Of a DNA stretch of 64,000 nucleotides, positions 23,101 to 29,448 are shown piece by piece. Made by a program: the position numbers and the translations under genes. The DNA is from Elusimicrobiota bacterium (GTDB lineage Bacteria > Elusimicrobiota > UBA8919), in contig JBFLWK010000002.1 of NCBI GenBank assembly GCA_040757695.1, positions 10,407 through 74,406 of the forward strand. The letters run 5' to 3'. The notes under the pieces are model-generated. The model did not search any database. It was given only the letters and a program-made list of their open reading frames with translations, and was not told the DNA's origin. How positions within the stretch are numbered: position 1 is the stretch's first letter; every line of letters begins with the position of its first letter.

Positions 23101-24557
23101 TCCTATCTGGTTTAACTGCTGGTGATACATATTACTGCCGTGTCTGGCTTGCGGATGAAGTACCGAACTGGTCATCAATTTCAAACGCCGCAACCGCGTG
23201 GGTCCAGGTTGATGTAACACCACCGGCAGAAATTACAGCGTTTTCAGCATCACCAGGTCAAACAGAAGGTAATATCCTGCTCAAATGGACATCGCCAGGC
23301 GACGACGGTACCGTTGGGCAGATAATAGATGGGCAATGGGAGATAAGGTATTCTACCGACTCTAACTTAACCACTTATTCACTTATTCACTTATCCACTT
23401 CTAATGTCGTTCCACTCACTACTCGCTACTCTACAATCACAGGGCTTGAGAGTGGCAAAACATATTATTTTGCATTAAAAACATATGACGAACGAAATAA
23501 TCCATCTGAACTATCAAATACTGCAACATCTTGGGCACAACTTGATATAATAGCACCTTCTAAGATAACTGACCTGTCTGCACTGACTGGCGGAAATACA
23601 GGCGAAATTCAACTTTCATGGACCGCACCCGGTGATGATGGAACAGTCGGTACAGCAAGTTATTATGATATAAGATACTCTACCGTTAGTGCAAATTCAC
23701 CTGCGATATCAATCATAACATTTTATTCTGCTATCCCCTATCCCCTATCCCCTATCCCCTATCCTTCAGGGACACAAGAATCATTAACGCTCACAGGACT
23801 TACACCCGCGGTAACATATTATTTTGCAATAAGAACAGGTGATGAATCATCTGAGTTTAAACAGATAAACTGGTCTCTGATTTCTAACGGTGCTACAACA
23901 TATGCCAAACCGGATATTATCCCGCCTACCACAATAACTACACTTTCAGCACTTACTGGAAGTTCAGTTGATACTGTTAGATTACACTGGATTGCACCTG
24001 GTGATGATGGTACCGTCGGAAATATTACAGGCGGTAAATACGAGATAAAATACTCATCTAACCAGTCGGACACTTGGGCGACTGCACCGTATTCAATCCT
24101 GTTTGATACAAATACTGTAAGCGGAACTGAAGAGTCAAGAATTATTACAGGGCTTACTTCCTCAAATACATATTACTTCTGGATAAAAACAAGAGATGAA
24201 ATCGCTGATAATTGGTCAGATGCATCTGCACAGGTACTCGGAATACGAGCATATTTAAACCTTACAGTTGATAAAACAAAATCGGTTGATTCTGCACTGC
24301 CCGGTGAGACGATAACTTATACAATCACACTCGGAAATACCGGAAGTATTCCGGCAACAGATGTAGTTGTAAAAGATAAGATACCACAGAATTGTGAATA
24401 TCAGTCCGGTAGTATCCGTTTGAATGGTATTAGTAAAACGGATGCTGTTGACGGTGACGAAGCGGATTATAGTTCAGGAATTGTTAATGTTAACCTTGGA
24501 ACAATAAACGCTGGAATAACAGGACAGACAGTAAAATTTGATATTAAAATTCAATAA
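8193..24557 (+). CDS. giant (5454 aa) secreted multi-GH57 alpha-glucan-active surface protein with CBM20/CBM25-like, CBM9-like, many FN3 and Ig-like domains and a C-terminal DUF11 domain
   Basis: Signal peptide LLTCLYAG. GH57 module 1 (~8270-9800): HDHQP, FHHQFFPLL, WPMELAF, LAHDGDNAWGG. GH57 module 2 (~17150-18700): HMHQP, PPENAF, LPHDGDNYGG. Degenerate module 3 (~13000-14600): WTPERV. LHWGVNGW...WDNN (CBM25-like) x2; IFQVDMRD...YKYTYNGANWE (CBM20-like); >20 FN3 repeats (APSAIT-L-A-G--GEI-L-W-APGDDGTVG). Confidence 0.85.
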   Translation: MKKTLKYRLLFLLPSTFYLLTCLYAGSSLHYVNHWHDHQPIYWPNKTRASSANRYEYGNETINNKNNSPYAGHSSVDVFGVFNVDDRKAAYQYRCKDALGTITGYPEAGFTISYTGALAENVKSLGDAYALGYGPDWNNPWKEARAWTTSGGKSRMDILLTGFHHQFFPLLPDDTLARRIIQLYKQGYPEWWGTTPSQSTGFWPMELAFSERMIPTLLSEGVTWTYIANSHISRCMPNWPATPGNGMNTEPPNKADQYNPNGTAGWRNATQDGRPTTNDLREAYRPHYAKYIDPETGTASKIIVVPCGDYEGYIDGYQTFDVGLFDAIAGAQDATRPALVVLAHDGDNAWGGGYDSYMTNTPQKASGASARGYTPSQTSQYLADHPVPVSDIWHVEDGPWVNAAGDFGSPTFSNWNWPWKKDNLPNAPTFDSTAWDDNSQFWAILTAGTNRILTAESYVGTPNMANVLHPDQTTPSNIDLAWHYWLAGFDSGHVYYGTAEDFSWIPIIAMNNAMPYCDAIIGSGEITGADTVPPTVWIPQRFPYNPGSLNYGCAYNYKSFNYPAEFDVYSFVYDASGLSSVKLKYRTATGANTTPIEPDNFIYAGGTAVTSWNEINMSTGTWTVKVMLNGTEQIPAPVTPNYMPVRCWAHVSPGANKLVDYYIEATDKKGNIRKTAIQHCWVGDGSGAGGGGTQLWTPTNPTASDQITIYGSILGKPGKLHWGVNGWTQPSSEYWPSNSTTTVYDAQSVETVMLFDGTSYYITLGPFNKNQAVSELNFVFHWDDGTWDNNGGANWKIAISPVDTTPPASPQRLTATAKNTAIDLSWQANTEPDLAGYNIYQWFVSSYAVLNSQLVTWTTGYTVSQLTNGTTYTFVLTAKDTTGNEAGYSTSVTTSPVATDTFAPQTPTNFSVSGGIEKTILNWTANLETDLYGYRVYRSTYTSSFAQKVFIATVTAPSYSYNDSGLTAGLTYYYQITALDNLYNESSATSEKYGLAQSVPPPSAPTGLVATPGNAEVYLNWNPNTEANLAGYNLYCSSVGVYYKVNTALITGATTYSHTSLTNGVTYYYKLTAVNTVGGESQFSNEVSAIPAALVPVIFQVDMRDIANVTSVNIAGDILTPAWSATANPLTNQSGTLSGIWKVTISLAQNATLKYKYTYNGANWENDFGTAPNNNRQITISPNNANSMYVSNKWNIAGDAIPLVPTGLTATGQLDSKILVKYNANTEWDLHGYNIYTSSYSSTVGYIKSVSTTTSTSYLLSGLENNNTYYVKIEAQDLSGQKSGICGPVSAIAGVDDPPAVVTGLTATAKDSAVELKWSANTESDLAGYYVFWSTNTGGPYSSTSTFISSTTVIYTASPLTNGTAYYFVVRASDTVGNLSTNSLQVTATPSSQPSYEERTIDGSFLDWKFSDVRALDACEDTYNFSDGYDSARDIVALYSREGVNNYYFRVDFHELGLYAENGYLDLYLAIDCATGGQVWLPDYMDCQTDKPWEICIALYNATSASIYKNDWTTVNTAFQGAKFNSQYDSVELAISKSALTAYGWTPGTPIGIQTFSTKDGTNGGTGEIAGASDIVDAIEDDDRGYSDGILNGNTLSTASTGRAKYGFIYHGNQSLNLANDIRGWIYTTYLDHTPTGYRRGLDTIENFGVKGNIHVSGTLASAIQWADTTFNQRIANLTSNGQTAVIGGVLAEHMMPYFEDSGGYNPNSRAIQNGTELLTSIYNLAIQPKVFWTPERVIRGLTFADILTNHDTGQPTGYTATVLDDKYHLRNWFAMPDSQRFKLHKINGVYVFLINGVRADSEAQPGDTNQLTYGYYDPDGAKFWNQDNGMHIGTRKLLLERAQDSDQEQLVLVFDDWEAYAGRSFTSALPNDNADNWDKTIGWVANHQWIETVTLEDILSRGWTPIDHGTNTTLPVVTYDWLMHACENSYDNWYNGTSLEESFLNRIPNVKGTTPLPSNKKYGNLATAGTIIRDTWSDIKLATATQLSTLAGMVYNTLNYETAWHDEDNSDKFSAADTTYDTISGWALYLHGHIRHSSIIAKAAQWANAVSTGGISANTVAQSVDLDSDGELEHLLYNNKVYSVFEKYGGRMIMGFAYQPTVGVGGVQLIGAPATNYDNEGEEESTRHISAFRDENLGIYCNDTYSVSVWTSSITFTSSDGKITKIISLPDNSDTLTANYTQTLGTNLYVKFGLSPNVYDMYFNGKQNLLDISSTTYIGLKNTAGGSVYLALNGGATLNSAYTDGTADNTNAAHTRVFEVYGGANFSVSLTLSGTSAVDSTPPSAITNLVATTGTNDGELNLTWTAPGDDGTVGNNTTDAKYEVKFATYGVVGGNIEGWWTTANTYSQNWPVANCGVTETKTLTGLNRATLYFVGIKTIDDANNKSDITIVASAYTPSDTIPPSAITTLSALTGDNSGEIKLSWLAPGNDGTVGTALGYDIRYSTIASVSPAISTSTFYSAIPYPLSPIPSPSGTQEVFTLTGLLYGTTYYFAIISKDTNNYSALSNGATAVAKPDTSPPDAITTLSALTGSSVGAVQLQWTATGDDGTVGAVVNGKWQVDYSTISNYQFTIDNYKLQITTSYSPLTNHYSLITGLTEGDTYYIRLWATDEVPNWSGLSNAATAQAKVDDIAPAIITDLTGFTGLSDGEVILQWTSPGDDNWSGNLTGQFEIRYSTDPNLSISQSLNLSTSSVAPLSLISYLISDLTEGSTYYFKIRTADDKNNYSQLSGGTTVQVDHTAPAGISNLTALTGTLEGEITLKWTAPGDDGTVGTVSGYLVKYATAPVTTNTFYNATSVGGELIPPLPSGSEQLSTITGLTPSATYYFAIKAQDDKNNWSVWNSSLDVSGVNTSCIAAVQSIIPAAITNLSALSGTETGSIKITWTAPCEDGTYGNAVASYEIRYATYSFDEAEFSQATYLTYPPTPASPGTTQSITIINLTQGAQYYFRIKSKDDANNISPIDTTSPQSNAIATTGGTLPKPPIYIAFQWHMHQPIYYPYETAPQTDDNARYSFSVVHVHNDRTGPYTSWPNMAIQKGVTAGLKHLGAQVSFSGSLSENINNIVAAGRGFWSGWQNDYKTGYNSLTQSETTTPPGAAGPGGNNPRLDLIGFGYHHPLMGLVSYSDVRKQIQLHRQQHSNVFGITSYSKGIFPPENAFRPEMIPALVDEGIQWVIVDNIHFDRTVQGYPWNSGGNLYEPNPSDQINNPSGITWLQLVNLWAPTKVSVPWGYRPHYVQYTNPETGISKKIIAVPGARYEGNEDARGGFGALLYEAVMSQYEAYNTDAQHPMLVVLPHDGDNYGGGTLSYYDSNFQNFVNWLLANPSRFVCTTIQDYLDMFPPDPNDIIHVENGSWSGADNGDPEFLKWNGDPSNGYSPDRNSWGIVTAAKNRLDTAESILPAGSITDILNNTGNNTAKAWHYYYNGQTSCYWYWDGTEIWDSNPARACNLAVSYADQVLGSTPNDIIAPTIYIPQREPYNPGGTEWGVLKPSTFTVWTYIYDLSGLNSVSLKYRVDADGVRDGANDLYSGGTWNSLTMTGTTEPSNTNPQPMYKAQKFSADIIGQSNKLIDYYVEATDTKGNLSKSPIIHVWVGQSTTPGQTTLWQPSNPTKNDIITVNASQTKPGKLHWGVNNWTLPNSAYWPSGTVDYGDGKSVETPLLLSGSSYYIQIGPFNNPIQQVTEINFVFHWDDGSWDNNSGQNWKIPVDNTVISTPTVNITYPANNSSVSGSTVNVTASATDDIGVTRVEFYYKISTDTVWTIISTVTVTPYSTFWNTLSPPLAEDKQYILIAKAYDADGNYGISPEVTVRVNNTNSAPTITVTSPNGSEIWAGSQNITWTTNDTDGDTLLITLQQSTQTAAGTNWINIIVGMNNLGSYVWNTTLVADATNYLIRAIATDPGGLTGLDISDGIFRIRNTDTEAPSAITNLSALPGTYGGQIQLTWTSPGDDGTVGAIQNGEFKIQNSTWTEVIWSTTNAQISISTSVTALSNINYTLAGLTPGDTYYIRIWTADESANYSDISNSATSYANTDTGVTYHPVNVDGTISEWSDLKEKMDTYTGTTFYFTWSSTAIYFSAAGTQPEDFFVFIDTTPNYDTNEGSTTYSNGTWDGLNHKLPFRGNVSVAMEVGAAAYWEMRNYTGAWNSVPYTSAGPTGGIEYSFSGTNSEMAVPLSIIGNPSAIKVVAFAKRESTKAAYKAFPAENTVSDSGDDNLSWYYNFAQLTSGKNPNDAPHINTATQDPSAPCAITNLAATSGDTAPAADDYGKVTLTWTAPPEDGTYGTAVSYYIVRYRTDGAVSDSNWATATDVSGEPVPSAPGTNQTFVVDNLTAGTLYYLAIKSVDDASKTSDLDTSSPRPSAKAGVTYHNINNIDGNISDWSAFSELVDNDNRNGGNKSLYITWSSTAVYFAYGNNKFNDMDLFILIDTHTNYDTAIGTKTPPGDWDGMPQHSLPFYADYSLSIEGSAWKTLDRWNGSAWVNDGNGANIFASSINDATAGGNSEIAVLRSALSNPTQLRIMSVHKWDTAKNVFASFPIENPAPNTDTAVTFTHFYVLNLTDSETPSSAQVVSSNDPTPPSAITTLSALPGDNSGEIKLSWLAPGDDGTIGQIVDGSWEIRYSTVPNLSISQSLNLSTSSVAPLSPISYLLSDLTPGDTYYCQIRAADDVGNWSALSNTATSYAQVAGPPAGSFTPVIDGIKDSQWGGTPNATSVNYKLPADYARDVYVTNDQAYLYIGFQFKGDPWDDTKSAHYNFLIDTQTTQGTATDPWVATTQVSWNNKPDAAVNGWVNGITANSFGGMLRYVSDGTNWDGGTTLFTGIDFSSSKSNDWAEFRLPLNILKVQPGSSINIIHLFRPDETKLGVSDSTPFDSSGCNDYGNANSTISSSFTYTLQGVGDTTAPSAITTLLATQGDTEGMLKLAWASTGDDGISGTIQLGEFRIQYSTWSDVLWSTASAQVIISTSVAPLSPISYLLSGLTAGDTYYCRVWLADEVPNWSSISNAATAWVQVDVTPPAEITAFSASPGQTEGNILLKWTSPGDDGTVGQIIDGQWEIRYSTDSNLTTYSLIHLSTSNVVPLTTRYSTITGLESGKTYYFALKTYDERNNPSELSNTATSWAQLDIIAPSKITDLSALTGGNTGEIQLSWTAPGDDGTVGTASYYDIRYSTVSANSPAISIITFYSAIPYPLSPIPYPSGTQESLTLTGLTPAVTYYFAIRTGDESSEFKQINWSLISNGATTYAKPDIIPPTTITTLSALTGSSVDTVRLHWIAPGDDGTVGNITGGKYEIKYSSNQSDTWATAPYSILFDTNTVSGTEESRIITGLTSSNTYYFWIKTRDEIADNWSDASAQVLGIRAYLNLTVDKTKSVDSALPGETITYTITLGNTGSIPATDVVVKDKIPQNCEYQSGSIRLNGISKTDAVDGDEADYSSGIVNVNLGTINAGITGQTVKFDIKIQ

Positions 24558-24583
24558 AAAAAATAGGGACGGAGGAAACTGAA

Positions 24584-25570
24584 ATGAAAAAGGTATTGTT
24601 GATAGTAACATTGTTGGTTTTTGGTGTATTAGGGTTCGCGGGTCTTGGAAATGCACATGGGACACAGGCAGGCACGGTTGTCTCAAATGGTGGCGATACA
24701 GGAACTGCCGGAACGGTTGATACAGCAGGTGATACGATTGTGACTTATACAAACGGTCCTGCAAACGGAATCAGTCCAACCGCAGTCACTGTAATTGTAT
24801 CAACAGGTTATGCGATTGCGAATCTTCCAACACCTAATGACCAGACGGTATTGGCAGGCGCTACTGCATATTTTGCATATACCATCTGTAATATCGCGAA
24901 TTCAACTGATACATTTACACTGGCTGCGGCATCTGTTCCTGTAACAGGTCAGCAGGAATGGCTACCAATTATCTATGCGGATGATGGTGCAGGTGGCGGA
25001 ACTGCGAATGATGGTGTCCATCAGAATGGTGAAACGAATACAGTTACCAATACAAGCCAATTTTTTACAAATACATCGTATTACTTTTTTGTAGCGGTTC
25101 CTGTACCATCCACAGCAGTAGATGGCTCTTCAACAACTGTTCGGCTTACTGTTAAGGATAAAAACGGTGACGGCACAGAAGATAACTGGCCAGCCGCTGG
25201 AGATGATACACGCACAGATGATACGATTACTATCTGTTCGGTTGCAGTGCTTACTATTACAAAATCAACAGATGTTGCGTCTGCCAGACCCGGTGAACTT
25301 GTAGAATATACAATTGTTGTAACTAATAACGGCACAGGTGCAGCAAGTAATGTTGTTGTGAAAGACAAGATACCTGCAAATGCAACATTCAATGCGGACA
25401 GTTATGCAGCGGGTTATGGTGTTCAACTTGACGGCGTGAATAAGACGAATGCTAATGATGGTGATGAGGCAGATTACAATGTTACCACTGCGGATGCGAT
25501 TACTGTTAATATCGGCACTATCAATGCAAGTAGCAGTAAGACAGTGAAGTTTAAGGTCCAGATAAATTAA
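24584..25570 (+). CDS. secreted DUF11 (conserved-repeat domain) protein
   Basis: 328 aa; signal peptide; C-terminal LTITKSTDVASARPGELVEYTIVVTNNG...VKDKIP matches the DUF11 pattern and the C-terminus of the giant protein. N-terminal domain paralogous to 25638 ORF. Confidence 0.6.
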   Translation: MKKVLLIVTLLVFGVLGFAGLGNAHGTQAGTVVSNGGDTGTAGTVDTAGDTIVTYTNGPANGISPTAVTVIVSTGYAIANLPTPNDQTVLAGATAYFAYTICNIANSTDTFTLAAASVPVTGQQEWLPIIYADDGAGGGTANDGVHQNGETNTVTNTSQFFTNTSYYFFVAVPVPSTAVDGSSTTVRLTVKDKNGDGTEDNWPAAGDDTRTDDTITICSVAVLTITKSTDVASARPGELVEYTIVVTNNGTGAASNVVVKDKIPANATFNADSYAAGYGVQLDGVNKTNANDGDEADYNVTTADAITVNIGTINASSSKTVKFKVQIN

Positions 25571-25581
25571 AAGGTATAAAA

Positions 25582-25609
25582 GGTAGTCGGCAATTAATTG
25601 CCGACTACC
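25582..25609. repeat. REP family-1 perfect palindrome GGTAGTCGGCAATTAATTGCCGACTACC
   Basis: 28-nt perfect dyad, GTAG 5' end, AATTAATT centre; same family as the RAYT-flanking palindromes. Confidence 0.8.
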
Positions 25610-25637
25610 AGTCAGGCAAGAATAATAAAATTGGATT

Positions 25638-27833
25638 ATGTATAGGATACCACGCTTATTATCAATAGCCATTTCACTACTCGTTTTACCGGTAATACTC
25701 TATTCTGCTGGTGTAACTCCGGGAACGGTGATTACAAACGGTGGTGATTCAGGAACCATTGGCATGGTTGATACACCCGGCGATACGATTGTAACATGGC
25801 ATTCTTCACCTAATGGTATATCACCATTACCTGTTTCAGTTACCGTTACTACCGGCTATGCTATGATATGGGTTTCAACACCAGCCAGTCAACAGAACCT
25901 GATGCCCGGAGCAACTGTTTATTATCCATATCAGATTAGAAATTATGCAAATGGTTCAGATAGTTTCACAGTTGCAGTTGCAACTATTGCAGGTCAGAAC
26001 TGGCAACACCGAATTTATGCCGACGACAACCAAGACGGCACACATCAAGAAAATGAAACAACTATAAGTTCTACAGGGTTGCTCCTGCCCGATACTACAT
26101 ATTATTTCATAGTTGGGGTTAATGTGTCAACATCTGCAACTTCAGGGCAGACTTCAACATTTCGGCTCACAGTTAAAAACCAGAATGGCCAAGGCACAGA
26201 AGATAACTGGCATTCTGCAGGTAATGATACATTAACTCATGAGATTGTCTCAACTGTAGGGTTACTTCCACCCGCTACACCATCTAATTTCTACGCCACT
26301 TCAGTGACGGTTTCATCAATAACTTGGACCTGGACTGATAACGCAACAAATGAAGACGGCTATCGGTTATCGGTTATCGGTGTTGGGATTCAAGAACTAC
26401 CAGCAAATACAATCTCTACGACAACCACGAACCTCACACCAAACACATCATATTCTGCATATGTAGAAAGTTGGAATATTTCAGGTAGCAGTGCATCTGT
26501 TACCGTCTCAACCTATACACTTGCTAATCCACCGTCAGGAACGCAGATTACGCAGATAACAACAAATACGATTACGCTGATGTGGTCAAACAATAGTAAT
26601 CCGAATTATACGAGTTATGGGGTTTATCGGTCAACCAATGGCAGTTCCTTCTCACTTCTTGATTCTGGCGTCTTTACTTCTTATCTGTCCTCTAACCTCT
26701 CACCTCTAACCTCTTATTGGTATAAGGTTCAGGCAATTAACGAAAATGGTATCGCAACTGCATTTGATATAACGGTTTCTACAAGAACAAAATCGGCTGA
26801 TACTACACCACCGAAACCACCTTGCGGTGTAAGGGGGGAATTAATTGCCGAGCAACTTGCAAAAATTATTTGGTCAGAAGTTACAAAAAATACCGATGGA
26901 ACAACTTGTACCGATTTAGCGAAATATAAAATTTATTATTCTAATATACTGGAAGGGCCTTGGAAAGTGGCAACTGATGTTCCATCATCGTCTACCTTCT
27001 ACCTTCTACCTTCTACCTTTTCATTCAATTATTACAAAATTACTGCAGTTGACACCAGTGACAACGAAAGCGCTGATTCAGTATATATTGACAACACTGC
27101 AGCGCTTTCGGCAGTTACGAAAGAAAATGGTAAAATAGTCGCATTTGTAAAAATTCCACAGGATGTATCAGCTGTGCTCTATAAAGATGGGAAATATACC
27201 GACGATATTGTGATAAATATGCAGAAATTACAGGACGATGATGAACGGGATATCTATGTATATGACTTCCAGCCACAAAAATCAACAACTGGTGAAAAAA
27301 TAGATGATTTCAGGTTTGTTCAGCAGAAAATAGAAATAACATTTTTCTATGATTTGAATAATGATGATTATATTGAAAAAGTAGGCTTGCCAATTTCAGA
27401 AGCAAAAAGCTGGCTTTCTATATTCTATCACAACGGTGTTGAATGGGAAAAACTTGGTGGTGTTGTGAATGCTAATGAGAAATCAATCACAGCAAAAGTT
27501 ACTCATTTGAGTAAGTACAAGTTGAGAAAAACATTAAGAACTATTGGGTTTGGCGATTTACGAATGTATCCGAAAAAGATATTCGCACCATATGAAACAA
27601 ATGATACATATAATAGAATGAAATTCTGTTTTGAAAATGATTCCGAGAAACGAGTAACATTAAGAATATTTGATATTAAAGGTAGAGAGATTTTTAGTGA
27701 CTCAACAACCGATACAGAAATTTATTGGTATGGTAAAGATACCGACGATAAAGTTGTTTCCGGTGGCGTGTATATCTACCAACTTGAATGTGATAAAAAA
27801 GTAATAAACGGCACTGTGGTGGTAGTGAAATGA
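25638..27833 (+). CDS. secreted FN3-containing protein with T9SS-type C-terminal sorting domain
   Basis: 731 aa; N-terminal domain paralogous to 24584 ORF; FN3 repeats; C-terminus ...RIFDIKGREIFSD...GVYIYQLECDKKVINGTVVVVK; stop overlaps next start (ATGA). Confidence 0.7.
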   Translation: MYRIPRLLSIAISLLVLPVILYSAGVTPGTVITNGGDSGTIGMVDTPGDTIVTWHSSPNGISPLPVSVTVTTGYAMIWVSTPASQQNLMPGATVYYPYQIRNYANGSDSFTVAVATIAGQNWQHRIYADDNQDGTHQENETTISSTGLLLPDTTYYFIVGVNVSTSATSGQTSTFRLTVKNQNGQGTEDNWHSAGNDTLTHEIVSTVGLLPPATPSNFYATSVTVSSITWTWTDNATNEDGYRLSVIGVGIQELPANTISTTTTNLTPNTSYSAYVESWNISGSSASVTVSTYTLANPPSGTQITQITTNTITLMWSNNSNPNYTSYGVYRSTNGSSFSLLDSGVFTSYLSSNLSPLTSYWYKVQAINENGIATAFDITVSTRTKSADTTPPKPPCGVRGELIAEQLAKIIWSEVTKNTDGTTCTDLAKYKIYYSNILEGPWKVATDVPSSSTFYLLPSTFSFNYYKITAVDTSDNESADSVYIDNTAALSAVTKENGKIVAFVKIPQDVSAVLYKDGKYTDDIVINMQKLQDDDERDIYVYDFQPQKSTTGEKIDDFRFVQQKIEITFFYDLNNDDYIEKVGLPISEAKSWLSIFYHNGVEWEKLGGVVNANEKSITAKVTHLSKYKLRKTLRTIGFGDLRMYPKKIFAPYETNDTYNRMKFCFENDSEKRVTLRIFDIKGREIFSDSTTDTEIYWYGKDTDDKVVSGGVYIYQLECDKKVINGTVVVVK

Positions 27834-29266
27834 ATATAAACCAGAAGTCAGAAGTCAGAAGTCAGAAGTCAGAAGTCAGAAAATTTTTGCTTCTTTTTTC
27901 TTACTTCTTGCCTCTTGCTTCTTGTCTTTATGGGGCATTTGAAGATACTGGCACTGGTGCACGGCCAATTTCTATCGGCGCATATACTGCAATCGCTGAC
28001 GATGCAAATGCAATTTTTTATAACTCTGCAGGGCTTACAAATGTATTGTATCCTGAACTTTCATCCTGCTATGGCAAACTTTACTGGGGCTTAAACGGGC
28101 CTGATGAGTCTGCTCTATCTGATACATCTGTTGGGTTTGTCTATCCATCACATTTCGGCACATTTGGACTCGGCTGGCTCAATTTCGGGCTATCAGGTTA
28201 TTATTCTGAAAATACGATTCTGTTGTCATATGGAAGAGATGTTATTGAAAGAATATCTCTCGGAACTACACTGAAATATCTTACAAGAAAATACGGACAG
28301 GATATTTATACAATCAATTATGATATGTTTAAGAAAAATGGCTATTTACAAAACACGGTCAGCGGTGATATTTCAATTTTGTACAATTCTGCAAATTTGA
28401 GTTTTGCAGTTGTTGTAAAAGATGTTAATCAACCCGATGTAGGTCTCGGCAATAAAGATATTGTTCCACTACTCGTTAAATTTGCTACCGCATATAAAAT
28501 CAAAAACCTGAATCTCGGGCTTGAAACATTTTACAAAGATAAAAAATACGGAGTTATACTTGGTGGCGAAAAACTATTTGGTGAGTTTGCACTCAGGTCA
28601 GGTTTTGAATTCGGAACTGATGAATTACGGAATCTTAATCTCGGTTTCGGTTATAAGTTTGCAGAAAGATTCTTGATTGATTATGCAGTTTCGTATCCAT
28701 TTTCAGGTTTGAAAGAAATATACGGTACACATCGGCTATCTATCGGACTTAAATTTGGACCTCAGCCTAAAGACGAACTCTCAGAAGCTAAAAAAGAAAT
28801 TGACCGACTGACTGACGAAATCTTAAAACTTGAAGAATCAATACAAAAAGTTCAAGCCGAAAATATCAAACTTAAAGAGTCAAAAATAGCGCCCGAGAAA
28901 GAACCACAACAAGAACCGCAACAAACAGAAAAAATAGAAGTTGAACTTGATAAGAAAAAAATTATGAAACAATACTACGATAAAGGGCTGGATTATTATC
29001 AGAAAGGTGAATACAGAAATGCAATAGCCGAATTTAACGAAATCCTGAAATTCCAGCCAGACCATCAACAATCAATTCGGTTAATAAAACAATCAAAACT
29101 AAAAATAGAAGAATTAACCGCGGAACTTTATTACAAAGGGCTCAAAGAGTACACTAAAGGTAATGTAAAACAGGCAATATCTTATTGGCAGAAAGCACTT
29201 GAAATTGATACAGAAAATGATAAAATAAAGAATGCGTTAGAAAAAGCAAAAACAGAAATACGCTGA
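27830..29266 (+). CDS. PorV/PorQ-family-like outer-membrane beta-barrel with C-terminal coiled-coil and tandem TPR-like tail
   Basis: N-terminal GARPISIGAYTAIADDANAIFYNSAGL (PorV/PorQ-like signature as I recall it); C-terminal EYRNAIAEFNEILKFQPDH and VKQAISYWQKALEIDTEN; 5' region (CAGAAGT)x4. Confidence 0.5.
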   Translation: MNINQKSEVRSQKSEVRKFLLLFSYFLPLASCLYGAFEDTGTGARPISIGAYTAIADDANAIFYNSAGLTNVLYPELSSCYGKLYWGLNGPDESALSDTSVGFVYPSHFGTFGLGWLNFGLSGYYSENTILLSYGRDVIERISLGTTLKYLTRKYGQDIYTINYDMFKKNGYLQNTVSGDISILYNSANLSFAVVVKDVNQPDVGLGNKDIVPLLVKFATAYKIKNLNLGLETFYKDKKYGVILGGEKLFGEFALRSGFEFGTDELRNLNLGFGYKFAERFLIDYAVSYPFSGLKEIYGTHRLSIGLKFGPQPKDELSEAKKEIDRLTDEILKLEESIQKVQAENIKLKESKIAPEKEPQQEPQQTEKIEVELDKKKIMKQYYDKGLDYYQKGEYRNAIAEFNEILKFQPDHQQSIRLIKQSKLKIEELTAELYYKGLKEYTKGNVKQAISYWQKALEIDTENDKIKNALEKAKTEIR

Positions 29267-29279
29267 TTGCCGCTGATAA

Positions 29280-29440
29280 ACAACGCGGATTCCCGCTGAT
29301 TTGTCATTCCCGAATGCCCCTGTCGGGAATCCTTGTTTTCACGTGGACAGGTTCTACTCCTTTAATGGATTCCCAATAGAACCATTTGGGAATGACACCT
29401 CCGATAGAGTCATTCGGGGGCAGATTTTGTGTCATCTGCG
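29280..29440. repeat. GTCATTCCCGA / TCGGGAATGACA dispersed hairpin-repeat cluster
   Basis: Several attcccg-N-cgggaat hairpins; related copies at 2400-2520, 7770-7900, 35430-35540, 36490-36600. Confidence 0.6.
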
Positions 29441-29448
29441 ATTCTTAT

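Noticed and set aside
8524-23900. Numerous 60-160-aa minus-strand ORFs overlapping the giant + strand genes (for example 13670-14161, 22436-22705)
   Set aside because: Antisense to long, domain-rich, continuous ORFs; no motifs, no starts with RBS; expected by chance in 16 kb of open + frame.
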